Shown piece by piece: positions 48,341-57,452 of a DNA stretch of 64,000 nucleotides. Within the stretch, counting starts at the first letter, position 1. The number at the start of each line of letters is the position of its first letter. The translations under genes and the position numbers were made by a program. This DNA comes from a bacterium (lineage in GTDB: Bacteria; Zhuqueibacterota; Zhuqueibacteria; Residuimicrobiales; Krinioviventaceae), in NCBI GenBank assembly GCA_963674595.2, contig CAXXFV010000018.1, forward strand, positions 32,001-96,000. Reading direction: 5' to 3'. The notes under the pieces were generated by a model. The model had not been told where the DNA came from and searched no databases. It saw only the letters and a program-made list of their open reading frames with translations.

Positions 48341-49690
48341 ATGTTTAAACGAACTTTGTTTTTTAGCCTATGTATGATATTGGTTCAAGCAGTTTTTGCT
48401 CAAATTGTAATTCATGGGACAGTGACAGATAACGGAGCCGAATATTTGGGTAACGGAGCCGAACCGGTATCAAACGCGTTTGTTAAACTGGTAGATCAGG
48501 CTGACACCAACCACATCTTTAGCTCTTATACAAATGAACAGGGGCAATATTCTTTTCAAATAACGGCAACAGGCGTTGAAAATAATTCCCTGCAAAAACC
48601 CGATGGTTTCCGGTTGCTGCAGAATTACCCCAATCCCTTTAATCCGTCTACAGTTATAAGCTATGAATTGGCCCACCCTTCTCATGTCAACATTGAAGTT
48701 TTTAACGTTTTGGGCCAGCATGTAAAAACCCTTCTTGATGCTTTTCAATATGGTTCGGGCAGCGTCGTCTGGAACGCGACAGATGACAATAACCGGGGTG
48801 TGGCTAGCGGATTATATATTTACAGCATGAAAGCGGGAGACGTTAGAATTAATAAAAAGATGTTGTTGATCGACGGTCAAATGGGCAGTACAGCTACGGC
48901 GGCAATTCATTCATCATCTGTAATGAACAATCAGCACTTTTTGAATAAACAAATGTCAGGTAAATACACTCTTTCGGTTAGCGGAGTTGATATTGAGGTT
49001 TATAAATTAGAAAATATTAATATAAGTGCGGACAGTTACATTGATGTTTCTGTTAACCGTGTAGTTAGAGACTATGACGGCAATGTTTATCGAACAGTAA
49101 AAATAGGTGCTCAATGGTGGATGGCAGAGAATTTAAAAGTAACACATTATCGTGATGGAACACCTATCCCTCATGTTCCCGATAATACTTGGACTATATT
49201 AAGAACAGGCGCTTATTGTGCTTATAATAATGATGAAAATAATGTTGCTACCTATGGTCTATTATATAACTGGAAAGCTGTAATTGACACGTGCATTATT
49301 TCCCCTGAAGGCTGGCATGTACCGACAGATGAAGAGTGGAAGCGATTAGAAAAATTTCTTGGTATGAGCGAATCTGAAACAAATAATCTCAATTATCGCG
49401 GTACAAATGAAGGAAGTAAACTTGCGGGTAATGCGGATTTATGGTCTTATGGAGACCTTGAGATAAATCCTGCATTTAACGAAAGCGGCTTTTTTGCCTT
49501 ACCCGGTGGTTGGCGCGTTTACTACGATGGAGACTTTAACGATATGGGTATAGCCGCCGTCTTTTGGTCGTCAACATTAATCAATGGTTACAGCGTGTGG
49601 CGCCGGGCAATCACCTGCGATTATTCAAGCATCCTTCGGAGCGCATACGTTAGTAACAATGGAATTTCTATTCGCTGTGTCAGAGATTAG
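48341..49690 (+). CDS. Secreted protein: carboxypeptidase-regulatory-like + FlgD-Ig + FISUMP (Fibrobacter succinogenes major paralogous) domain
   Basis: QNYPNPFNPST; D.DGNVY.TVKIG.Q.WMAENL, YG.LYNW, P.GWHVP..EEW, G.SIRCVRD. Confidence 0.88.
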   Translation: MFKRTLFFSLCMILVQAVFAQIVIHGTVTDNGAEYLGNGAEPVSNAFVKLVDQADTNHIFSSYTNEQGQYSFQITATGVENNSLQKPDGFRLLQNYPNPFNPSTVISYELAHPSHVNIEVFNVLGQHVKTLLDAFQYGSGSVVWNATDDNNRGVASGLYIYSMKAGDVRINKKMLLIDGQMGSTATAAIHSSSVMNNQHFLNKQMSGKYTLSVSGVDIEVYKLENINISADSYIDVSVNRVVRDYDGNVYRTVKIGAQWWMAENLKVTHYRDGTPIPHVPDNTWTILRTGAYCAYNNDENNVATYGLLYNWKAVIDTCIISPEGWHVPTDEEWKRLEKFLGMSESETNNLNYRGTNEGSKLAGNADLWSYGDLEINPAFNESGFFALPGGWRVYYDGDFNDMGIAAVFWSSTLINGYSVWRRAITCDYSSILRSAYVSNNGISIRCVRD

Positions 49691-49713
49691 GCTATTTATT
49701 TGTTTGACGACTT

Positions 49714-49793
49714 TGATCGTCCAAAAGTTCTGCCTCCCGGACGTGTAAAAATAAAGGCTTTACCTTTGTAAATGATGACGTTAAATAAAAATT
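49714..49793 (+). repeat. 144-bp element, copy 2 (left half)
   Basis: TGATCGTCC...CCGGACG..AAAAATAAAGGCTT.ACCTTTGTAAATGATGACGTTAAA. Confidence 0.85.
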
Positions 49794-49844
49794 TTAACAC
49801 CCGTAATAAAATGTCTGAGACCAACAAAAACAAAGGGGAAAACA

Positions 49845-50531
49845 ATGAAAATTTCCAACATCTTTTTATATGCAGCACTCGTCATGATCTTTACGAGTAC
49901 CATTTGTACGGCAACCGGCAATCACAATCCATTAAAATTTAATATCTTTGCAGCTTATGGATATTTTGATTATCGTGAAATAAGCAATAAAATAGAGGAA
50001 TTCCATAAATTAGATGCCATCGATTGGCTTCCCAATGCCGGCATTGATGTTGAATATTCTTTTTCGCGCTTTTTTATAAAAAATCAAATCTCATATTCCA
50101 GCGAAAAGCTTAAAAAAAAACATAGAAATCGAACGAATAGTTTTTCATTCCGGGAAATTCAAGACCAGTTAAAAATAGGTTGCCCTGTTATAAATAATAA
50201 ACACAATCGATTTTTCCCTTTTGCCGGAATTTTATTCCAATATCAATCTATTAAAGCCGATTTTAATTATTATTTAAAATGTCCTAGTTGTTTTTTTCAA
50301 TATAATCATGACTATGACAGTTTTACAATCGGCATAATATACGGCGCCTCTTATGAACAGAGTTTATTCTCGAAATACTTAAAGCTCGGTGTGGATGTGG
50401 GCGGCGTTATACCTGTGCAAAATAAACTATGGTGGTTCAACGGAAAAAAAATTGAAACTAAAGAATATGTTCCTGGAAGCAATTTCCAGGTTTTTGCTAA
50501 CCTGAAACTTGTTTTATGTTTTAATAATTAG
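49845..50531 (+). CDS. Secreted/outer-membrane beta-barrel-like hypothetical protein
   Basis: Signal peptide, alternating beta-strand pattern. Confidence 0.5.
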   Translation: MKISNIFLYAALVMIFTSTICTATGNHNPLKFNIFAAYGYFDYREISNKIEEFHKLDAIDWLPNAGIDVEYSFSRFFIKNQISYSSEKLKKKHRNRTNSFSFREIQDQLKIGCPVINNKHNRFFPFAGILFQYQSIKADFNYYLKCPSCFFQYNHDYDSFTIGIIYGASYEQSLFSKYLKLGVDVGGVIPVQNKLWWFNGKKIETKEYVPGSNFQVFANLKLVLCFNN

Positions 50532-50596
50532 CATGATTGTTTACCCCGGAAAAGGAATTCCGGGACGACCCAAAAATGGAAAAAAACGGAACAAAC

Positions 50597-51328
50597 ATGA
50601 ATTCAACTAAATTTATCAAATATTTTTTCGTTATAATACTTGTGAGCGGTCCTGTCTATTCGGGTATTCCATTTGGTATTAACGGGATCAAAGCCGGAAT
50701 AACATCGTCCGATTTTTATGATACAAATAGTCAATTTAATAAAGGATATCAGTTTGGTGTTTTCTGGGAAAAAAATCTGACAGACAATGCCGGCTTGTGT
50801 TGGGAAGCCGTTTATACAACCAGGGGTGGTAGAATGCCTGACGCAGCAATAATTACTGACAGGAAAACTGAGAATCCCGAATTTTACTTGTACGATATTT
50901 ATTGTTCTTCAAAATTTTTTGAAATTCCAATTTTATTAAAAATTACCATACCTGTAAATAATGACTTTTCACTATTGTTCATGTCCGGACCTTCTATTTC
51001 TACTGCCCGTACCGATAATTCTTCTCTTGATAATAAAAAAACATTTACAGGAACAGAAGATGAATATTACAAAGAACAAACGAAAACGAAAAACAATGTA
51101 AACTATGATAATGGAACATATTTCTCAAAAGAATTAGATAAAAGTATCAGATTAGCATTTAATTGGGGGATTGGATTTAAATACAAAAAATTTACCTTTG
51201 AAACAAGGTACAGCACTCTTTACCAGGATTTGGGACATCTGGAAAACATCTATTACGTTGGCCTTCGGACCTATTCAATTCAATTTATCTTAGGCGTCCA
51301 GTTTATTAATTCGAAAAGAGAACAATGA
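50597..51328 (+). CDS. Outer-membrane beta-barrel (PorT-like porin family) protein
   Basis: GIKAG, E..YT.RG, EIPILLK, GPS, ETRY, SIQF.LG. Confidence 0.75.
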   Translation: MNSTKFIKYFFVIILVSGPVYSGIPFGINGIKAGITSSDFYDTNSQFNKGYQFGVFWEKNLTDNAGLCWEAVYTTRGGRMPDAAIITDRKTENPEFYLYDIYCSSKFFEIPILLKITIPVNNDFSLLFMSGPSISTARTDNSSLDNKKTFTGTEDEYYKEQTKTKNNVNYDNGTYFSKELDKSIRLAFNWGIGFKYKKFTFETRYSTLYQDLGHLENIYYVGLRTYSIQFILGVQFINSKREQ

Positions 51329-51987
51329 AAAAAAGTATAATAACAATTTTTATCATCATTATGGCCCACTCTTGCGTTGCAGGTTATCGTATATATGGTG
51401 GGAGTACTTTTTCTAAACTCAACACAAATAACAGCCGAATTCGCATCAACAATTCATTTGGTATTGATAAAACCTGGGATACAAAGTTTTTTAGTACAGC
51501 ACTGGGATTAAGGCTCATCATTCGAAGCACATACAAGGCCGATAATATCATGGTTTTCGGCATGACGAATCACGGATACTATTTTGACGCATTATTTTCA
51601 GCAGGTTACCTTGAAGTTCCATTAATGGTAATCTTGCCAATATATACCCATAATTCTATAAAAATAAGTTTCACCGTGGGACCTTCAGTCGGCATACACC
51701 TTTTGGATAATTCTAAAAAGTTTAATACGGAATATTTTGAGTTTGAACAGAATCCCGAATTGAGACAAACACTTGAAAATTACTATATGGAAGCCGACGA
51801 GCTTTATCCCAATAAACCGGTATTTTTAAACACCGGGATTATGGCTGAATATAAAAATATGTATATTGAAGCCCGCTATAATCACGGACTATCAGAATTA
51901 GGGGAGCTTTCCGGTTTAGTGATGAAAAATGAAAAATTTAGAACGCTGGAAATTGTATTTGGTATCTATATAAGAAATAGAAACTGA
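51325..51987 (+). CDS. Outer-membrane beta-barrel (PorT-like) protein
   Basis: YLEVPL, VGPSVG, IEARYNHGLS; ATGA overlap with the preceding paralogue. Confidence 0.7.
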   Translation: MKKSIITIFIIIMAHSCVAGYRIYGGSTFSKLNTNNSRIRINNSFGIDKTWDTKFFSTALGLRLIIRSTYKADNIMVFGMTNHGYYFDALFSAGYLEVPLMVILPIYTHNSIKISFTVGPSVGIHLLDNSKKFNTEYFEFEQNPELRQTLENYYMEADELYPNKPVFLNTGIMAEYKNMYIEARYNHGLSELGELSGLVMKNEKFRTLEIVFGIYIRNRN

Positions 51988-52002
51988 GTTATACAAACAC
52001 AC

Positions 52003-52134
52003 AGAGGGCCAGGCTCTTTTGCTAATCCGTGCAAGGAAAGGCATGGACCCTTGGACGATCAAAAATTTTGAAAAATGTTCTATTCAATATTTTGGATTTG
52101 GGATGAATTCCTTGTTTCATTGATTCCGCAGGGG
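52003..52134 (+). repeat. Variant (type B) element, rearranged: right-end hairpins followed by the type-B core
   Basis: GAGGGCC..GCTCT...CCCTTGGACGATC then AAAAATTTTGAAAAATGTTCTATTCAATA...GGGG, shared with ~56200-56275. Confidence 0.75.
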
Positions 52135-52242
52135 ATAAAATATGATTCAACCAAAATTTTAAATTTCAAATCCCTGCACAATCGGTAATTTTAATTTCGG
52201 CCCGGTTTGGTAATATTCCGTAGCGAGTGAAAAGAGGTATAT

Positions 52243-53028
52243 GTGATCAATAAAAATCTGTTAATAATTATAATGAATTGTATATTTTTTAGTTATGGTT
52301 ATTTAAACGCCTGTCCACAAGACAGTTCTTGTATAGATAACATACAATGTGATGGAAAAAGTTATTATCTGAAAATCTTTCCATCCGGTTCAAACAACGT
52401 AAATGGAATCGGGGTAAAATATTTTGCACCCTTGTCATATCAAATATGTGATACCATCCGAATAAATGGAGCACATATCGATATAAATCCATTACATAGT
52501 GTAATGGGAGCTTTAGCTGCAGGTATTTCGATTTTTATAATACCTGGGCACTCTATTACCAAAATTATGGAAACAAGAGATAATTTAGAAAATAATGAAA
52601 TATTCAGGGATTCAACATTTGAAATATATTCAGGTACGGAAATAAACGGGATTTCATTATCCATATCCAATCTATTCCCATATCATAATAATGGAATTAA
52701 TGTTTGTTTACTATATGGCGAATTTGCTGATGTTAATGGATTATCCATTTCCGGATTTATAAGTACTTTTGATGATTTTAACGGAATCTCATTCTCCTTA
52801 ATATATAATAAATGTCATAATATACAGGGAACCTTTATATCGGGAATAGGCAATAGCGTTTCAAATGGAAAATGGTTTTCATTTGCCGGATTATATAATG
52901 AAAGTGTTAATTTTACTGGCGTGCAAATCGGCCTGTTTAATTTTACTAAAAAGTTAAAAGGAATCCAACTGGGATTATGGAATTCAAATGGTAAAAGATC
53001 ATTACCTTTAATAAACTGGCAATTTTAA
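52243..53028 (+). CDS. LA_2272-like surface repeat protein
   Basis: Repeated NG.S.S..N units, GVQIGLFN, GIQLGLWN.N.KRSLPLINW.F. Confidence 0.75.
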   Translation: MINKNLLIIIMNCIFFSYGYLNACPQDSSCIDNIQCDGKSYYLKIFPSGSNNVNGIGVKYFAPLSYQICDTIRINGAHIDINPLHSVMGALAAGISIFIIPGHSITKIMETRDNLENNEIFRDSTFEIYSGTEINGISLSISNLFPYHNNGINVCLLYGEFADVNGLSISGFISTFDDFNGISFSLIYNKCHNIQGTFISGIGNSVSNGKWFSFAGLYNESVNFTGVQIGLFNFTKKLKGIQLGLWNSNGKRSLPLINWQF

Positions 53029-53083
53029 TTTCTGTCCGGTTTGGTAATATTCCCGGAACGGACCGGCGTTAAGGTGACATATT

Positions 53084-54517
53084 ATGAAAATAAAAATCCA
53101 AATTTTATCAATTCTTTTCATTATAACGGCCTCTTGTTCGGATAACAAAGAAAAACCGTATATTGGTTCATACTCAATGCTGTGTGGTGGCGGAGGATTC
53201 TATGTTTTAAAAATAGAAAAAAATAAAAATTTTGAATATTATTGCTGGAATGATGTTGGCGGCTATTATACAGGTCTTAATGGGAAATATACTATTTCGG
53301 ATGAAAAATTGTTTATAAACATTTATTATCCCGTAAACAGTGACACACATGCCGTCCGGCGTGATACTTTATTCTTTAAGAGATATAAAGATTACCAATT
53401 TTTAGTATCATCTTTATCCATAAACAGGTTTAACGAATCATTAAAAAATAATGATATGCAACGTTGGTATTGGATTGATGAAAATACAAAGCATCATTCT
53501 GGTTTATTATGCTACATGAAAGTTGATGAGAAAGACCTGCCTGTTAAGGATGAAAAAATAGAATGGGATATTGTAAAAAATCCGAAAAGTGTTGCTATCG
53601 AAGCGCCCACGCCTCCACATCTTCCGGTTTACATGCCATCACATATACCAATAGAAGCCTTGCCCGTTCAGAATGAATGCCCTGAATTTCAGATTTATGA
53701 AGAAGAAATTAAATGGCGCCTATTTGAAAAAAATATCAGCGATACGTTAAGAATTCTGCGTAATAACATATTTGCAAAATACGGCTATCCGTTTAAATCA
53801 AAAGACCTTAAAAGCTACTATGAGCATAAAAAATGGTATAAAGCTAATCCGGATTATGACCACTCGCAAATTACAAGTAAAGACAGTACCACAATTCAAA
53901 CAATACTCAAATATGAAAACCTGCTGGGTACCCTGAGTGCCGATAGTGTTAAACTTTTAAAAAACATTTTTGATTTTCGAAAACAACTGCTTGCCACAGG
54001 ATATGATACGACCATAACCGTACATAAAAACATCACCGGAAACAAGCACAATGACGAGTTTACAACACGCATAAAAATTCAAAATGAAAAAATATTTGTT
54101 GAAAATATTTTAAAAAACCAGGACCAGTTACTGTGGTCGGAATTATTTAGTGATGAACCATGTGTCGATTCTTACACGATGGAAAATGATAATATTTTAA
54201 AAACATATCCGAAATATGGTTATTTTTACATTCTTGTAAAAGATTATCTTGATACAGTCATACCAAGGGCAGAGCCTTTGTCAAAAAATTATGTCGAGTT
54301 ACAAATTACCGGCAATGATACAAGTTACAGCTTTAGTTGGACAGGTTCCAACTGTCAAGACCATTCCAACCGGTTTAAAAAGTATTTATATAATTTTAAC
54401 GGCAATCAGGTACTGTTCTCTCAGGGCTTCTGTCTATACGATGAGGATGTTGGCTATGATGTTAAGGTATGGAACAAATTTTCAAATGATTTTGTTATGC
54501 TCTGGTCCGGACCATAA
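53084..54517 (+). CDS. YARHG-domain lipoprotein
   Basis: Lipobox TASC; LRILRNNIFAKYGYPFKSKDL..YY....WY. Confidence 0.8.
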   Translation: MKIKIQILSILFIITASCSDNKEKPYIGSYSMLCGGGGFYVLKIEKNKNFEYYCWNDVGGYYTGLNGKYTISDEKLFINIYYPVNSDTHAVRRDTLFFKRYKDYQFLVSSLSINRFNESLKNNDMQRWYWIDENTKHHSGLLCYMKVDEKDLPVKDEKIEWDIVKNPKSVAIEAPTPPHLPVYMPSHIPIEALPVQNECPEFQIYEEEIKWRLFEKNISDTLRILRNNIFAKYGYPFKSKDLKSYYEHKKWYKANPDYDHSQITSKDSTTIQTILKYENLLGTLSADSVKLLKNIFDFRKQLLATGYDTTITVHKNITGNKHNDEFTTRIKIQNEKIFVENILKNQDQLLWSELFSDEPCVDSYTMENDNILKTYPKYGYFYILVKDYLDTVIPRAEPLSKNYVELQITGNDTSYSFSWTGSNCQDHSNRFKKYLYNFNGNQVLFSQGFCLYDEDVGYDVKVWNKFSNDFVMLWSGP

Positions 54518-54558
54518 CAATCTTTAGGGTGTGGTTCTACCGCCCCATTAAAGATTCA

Positions 54559-54653
54559 GATCGTCCGGAGGTTCCGGCCTCCGGACGCAAAAAATAAAGA
54601 CTTTGCATTTGTAAATGATATCGTTAAATAAAAAATTTATAATTTAGAGGGTC
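54559..54653 (+). repeat. 144-bp element, copy 4 (left two-thirds)
   Basis: GATCGTCCGGAGGTTCCGGCCTCCGGACG...TTTGTAAATGATATCGTTAAA...GAGGG. Confidence 0.85.
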
Positions 54654-54694
54654 TGCTCGCCTTGGGAATATTTTCCAAGCGACAATTAAAAGCA

Positions 54695-54779
54695 TCCTTT
54701 GTGAGCTTTGAGAACTTTGAGAGGATAAAAAAAGCACTCACAAAGCGCACAGAGCACACAAAGGAATAATAATTAAATC
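54695..54779. repeat. 9-nt-period hairpin repeat upstream of GxxExxY
   Basis: TCCTTTGTGAGCTTTGAGAACTTTGAGAG ... CTCACAAAGCGCACAGAGCACACAAAGGA. Confidence 0.8.
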
Positions 54780-54829
54780 TATTGTGACATTGAAAAAATT
54801 TGAGATGAAAAAAATGGGGCGTCTATTTA

Positions 54830-55210
54830 ATGAATGAAAATGAAATTTCTAAAACTGTTATTGATTGTGCGATAAAAATCCACAAGATACTCGGTCCCGG
54901 GCTACTGGAATCAGTTTACCGTGATGTGCTGGCTTTTGAATTAAACAAAACCGGATTATCGGTTGAAATAGAAAAGGATATTCCTGTAATTTATAAAAAT
55001 TTAAAATTTGATAAAGGCTTTAGAGCAGATATCATCGTTGAGAATAAAGTTCTTTTGGAACTTAAATCGGTTAAAAAACTGCAAGACATTCATTATAAGC
55101 AAACATTAACATATTTAAGACTAATCGGTTTTAAACTGGGATTAATTATTAATTTTAATCATATACTATTAAAGGACGGAATTAAAAGAATCATTAACGG
55201 AACGATATAG
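54830..55210 (+). CDS. GxxExxY protein (PD-(D/E)XK nuclease superfamily)
   Basis: IH..LGPGLLESVY, FRADIIVE.KV.LELKS, Q.LTYL, GL.INF. Confidence 0.93.
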   Translation: MNENEISKTVIDCAIKIHKILGPGLLESVYRDVLAFELNKTGLSVEIEKDIPVIYKNLKFDKGFRADIIVENKVLLELKSVKKLQDIHYKQTLTYLRLIGFKLGLIINFNHILLKDGIKRIINGTI

Positions 55211-55250
55211 CTTTTCATAAAGCTCGCAGACTAGAAAAAAAATAATTAAA

Positions 55251-55319
55251 TCCTTTGTGAGCTTTGAGAGCTTTGTGAGAGGATAAAAAAAAGCACACAA
55301 AGGAATAATAATTTAAATC
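55251..55319. repeat. 9-nt-period hairpin repeat downstream of GxxExxY (direct repeat of 54695-54779 lacking two units)
   Basis: TCCTTTGTGAGCTTTGAGAGCTTTGTGAGAGGATAAAAAAAAGCACACAAAGGAATAATAAT. Confidence 0.8.
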
Positions 55320-55337
55320 ATCCCTTGTGGCCTTTTT

Positions 55338-55481
55338 TGATCGTCCGGAGGTTCCGACCTCCAGACGTGTAAAAATAAAAGCTTTGCCTTTGTAAATGAT
55401 AACGTTAAACAAAAATCTATGAAATGGAGGGCCGAGCCCTCATGTTATTCCGTCCAGGGGTAAAGAATCCCTGGACGACCA
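55338..55481 (+). repeat. 144-bp element, copy 5 (full length)
   Basis: TGATCGTCCGGAGG...CGTCCAGGGG..AGAATCCCTGGACGACCA. Confidence 0.92.
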
Positions 55482-55783
55482 CATTTTACCTTCCCTACAA
55501 ATTTGTGCCGATTATGGAGGCGCACAGCCGTACGTTTCTGCTATTTTTAAAATTCGTTAAAAATCCCTTGCATTGATTTTATGCAAGTTGTAAAATTATT
55601 TATCATGCATCTTTTGAATATTTCCTGATCGCCCGATATTATAGCCACAAATAAGGAATGTTTGACCTAAAAAGACCAGGCCCTTTTATTAATCCGAGGA
55701 AAAAGATTATAAAATCAAACAAACAAGTTTTTCTTCTGTTGTAAAAGCAGATGTATTATAGTCGTCAGCGAGAGGAGGATTCT

Positions 55784-56158
55784 ATGAGTTATAAAATAAC
55801 AATATCTGAAAATGGTGAGTATATTATTGGTAAAATCTATGGACCATTAAATAGAGAGACCGCCCAACAATTGACTAGAGAATATGTTAAAATTATTAAT
55901 TCAACAGGCATTAAAAAGATTCTGAACGATGTTCGTGATGCTCCTGATGCTATGGGCATTTTTAATGACTATGAATTCGCCTATAAAGACACTAAAGCTC
56001 TTAATCTTCCTATGGATATTCAAGCTGCCTTTGTAACGGATCCCAATGACAATACTCATAATTTCCATGAGACAGTTGCTGTTAATGCGGGCTATTTTGT
56101 TAAAGTATTTAAGGAAATAGAGTCAGCCGTTACCTGGCTTTTAGAAGAAAAACGCTAA
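55784..56158 (+). CDS. STAS/SEC14 (SpoIIAA-like) small protein, distant third paralogue
   Basis: K.L.DVR, F.ETVA.NAG..VKVF...ESA..WL; GGAGG before ATG 55784. Confidence 0.7.
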   Translation: MSYKITISENGEYIIGKIYGPLNRETAQQLTREYVKIINSTGIKKILNDVRDAPDAMGIFNDYEFAYKDTKALNLPMDIQAAFVTDPNDNTHNFHETVAVNAGYFVKVFKEIESAVTWLLEEKR

Positions 56159-56167
56159 TCCGGCGCT

Positions 56168-56328
56168 TGATCGTCCGGTAGTTCCGGCCTCCGGACGCAG
56201 AAAAAATTTTGAAAAATGTTCTATTCAATACTTTGGAGTTGAGATGAAATCCCTGTTTCATTGGTTCCACAGGGGCTTGCAAGCCCCCATATTGCTCCGT
56301 CCAGGAGTAGAGAACCCTTGGACGATCA
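56168..56328 (+). repeat. Variant (type B) element, full length 161 bp, same terminal hairpins with a different core
   Basis: TGATCGTCCGG...CCTCCGGACG ... GGGGCTTGCAAGCCCC ... CGTCCAGGAG..AGAACCCTTGGACGATCA. Confidence 0.88.
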
Positions 56329-56511
56329 CATGACCAGACAAGTGGAATTTATTTTTTCAGATTACAATCGGATAATTTTTCAGAGACAAAAAAATTAGTT
56401 TTTCAAAAATAATATCAATTGAACAGCGCAAATTCAATGTATTATCTAACGCCCTGGAACAAAATTTCAGGGATAGCAAGACTCTATTTGTAAAATAGTT
56501 TAGGATAATTT

Positions 56512-57297
56512 ATGAAGATTGATGATTTATCAACACTAACACAGTTTGCATTGAAATTGTATAAAATAGACCAACTTTCAGTAAAAGCTGTTATAAATAA
56601 AGATATAAAAGAATTGAGCTTACTTATAAGTCAATATTCCTCAATCAAAAAGGAAATTAAAACAAAATTAATAAAGCATCATTATGTCGAAATCCAAGAT
56701 CATAAAGCGAAAGAAATTCTACAAAAAATCAGTCACCAAGAACCTTTATTAACGGATAAAATAATCGAGCATTTATCAAAAAAATCTATTGAAACACTTG
56801 AACTAGATGAATTGGATGAGGAAGAAATCAATTCATTAGGTTCTGAATTTCTTTATTCTTGGTTTAGTCATTATGAATATATTCGTAACCTGTATAGTAT
56901 TAGCTCATTAATTTTGGGTATTTCTATACCAAATCAATTAAAGCAATTAGTTACAGAAGCAAGGTTGTGTTATGCTTTTGAAAGAACCTATGCGGTTTGT
57001 TCATTATGTCGTACTATTTTAGAGGTGGTTATTAAAGATATTTGTGTTCGGGGTCAACTATTACAATCAAATAAAAAAGGCAATCTAAATTTTGATGACT
57101 ATTCAACAAAAGATCTACGTGATACAGTATCAGATGGCGACTTAAACGATGATATAAAAAATTTGTACCGGAAAACAAGTTCAGTTATTCATGGTAATAA
57201 AGATATATCAATTGAAGTGATCAGTACTTTCAAACAAACTATCAAAATAGTACAAAAATTATATACTAAACATGAGTTAATCCTTGAAAAAAGATAA
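56512..57297 (+). CDS. DUF4145/HEPN-like domain protein
   Basis: EA..CY....YAV..LCR..LE...K and S..IHG; very AT-rich gene. Confidence 0.55.
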   Translation: MKIDDLSTLTQFALKLYKIDQLSVKAVINKDIKELSLLISQYSSIKKEIKTKLIKHHYVEIQDHKAKEILQKISHQEPLLTDKIIEHLSKKSIETLELDELDEEEINSLGSEFLYSWFSHYEYIRNLYSISSLILGISIPNQLKQLVTEARLCYAFERTYAVCSLCRTILEVVIKDICVRGQLLQSNKKGNLNFDDYSTKDLRDTVSDGDLNDDIKNLYRKTSSVIHGNKDISIEVISTFKQTIKIVQKLYTKHELILEKR

Positions 57298-57452
57298 ATT
57301 CATTTGTTTATATAACAACACTAATGCATTTTATAAAAAGATTATTTATTTTTGTGATTAAATTAAGGGTAGTAACAGGTGTTTTTATAACCAATCATCT
57401 AACTGCTCTTCCAAGGATTCCTTTTATTGTACATGAATAATTAGAGTATCTT

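Noticed and set aside
49696-55412. Minus-strand ORFs 49696-49878 and 55215-55412 sharing FNVIIYKGKAFIFTR
   Set aside because: The similarity comes only from translating the repeat; starts and stops are not conserved among copies.
54524-55545. Degenerate GTAG-type REP remnants (TAGGGTGTGG..CCGCCCC at ~54525; GAGGCGCAC..GTACGTTTC at ~55517)
   Set aside because: Single, decayed and mutually dissimilar; too weak to call as features.
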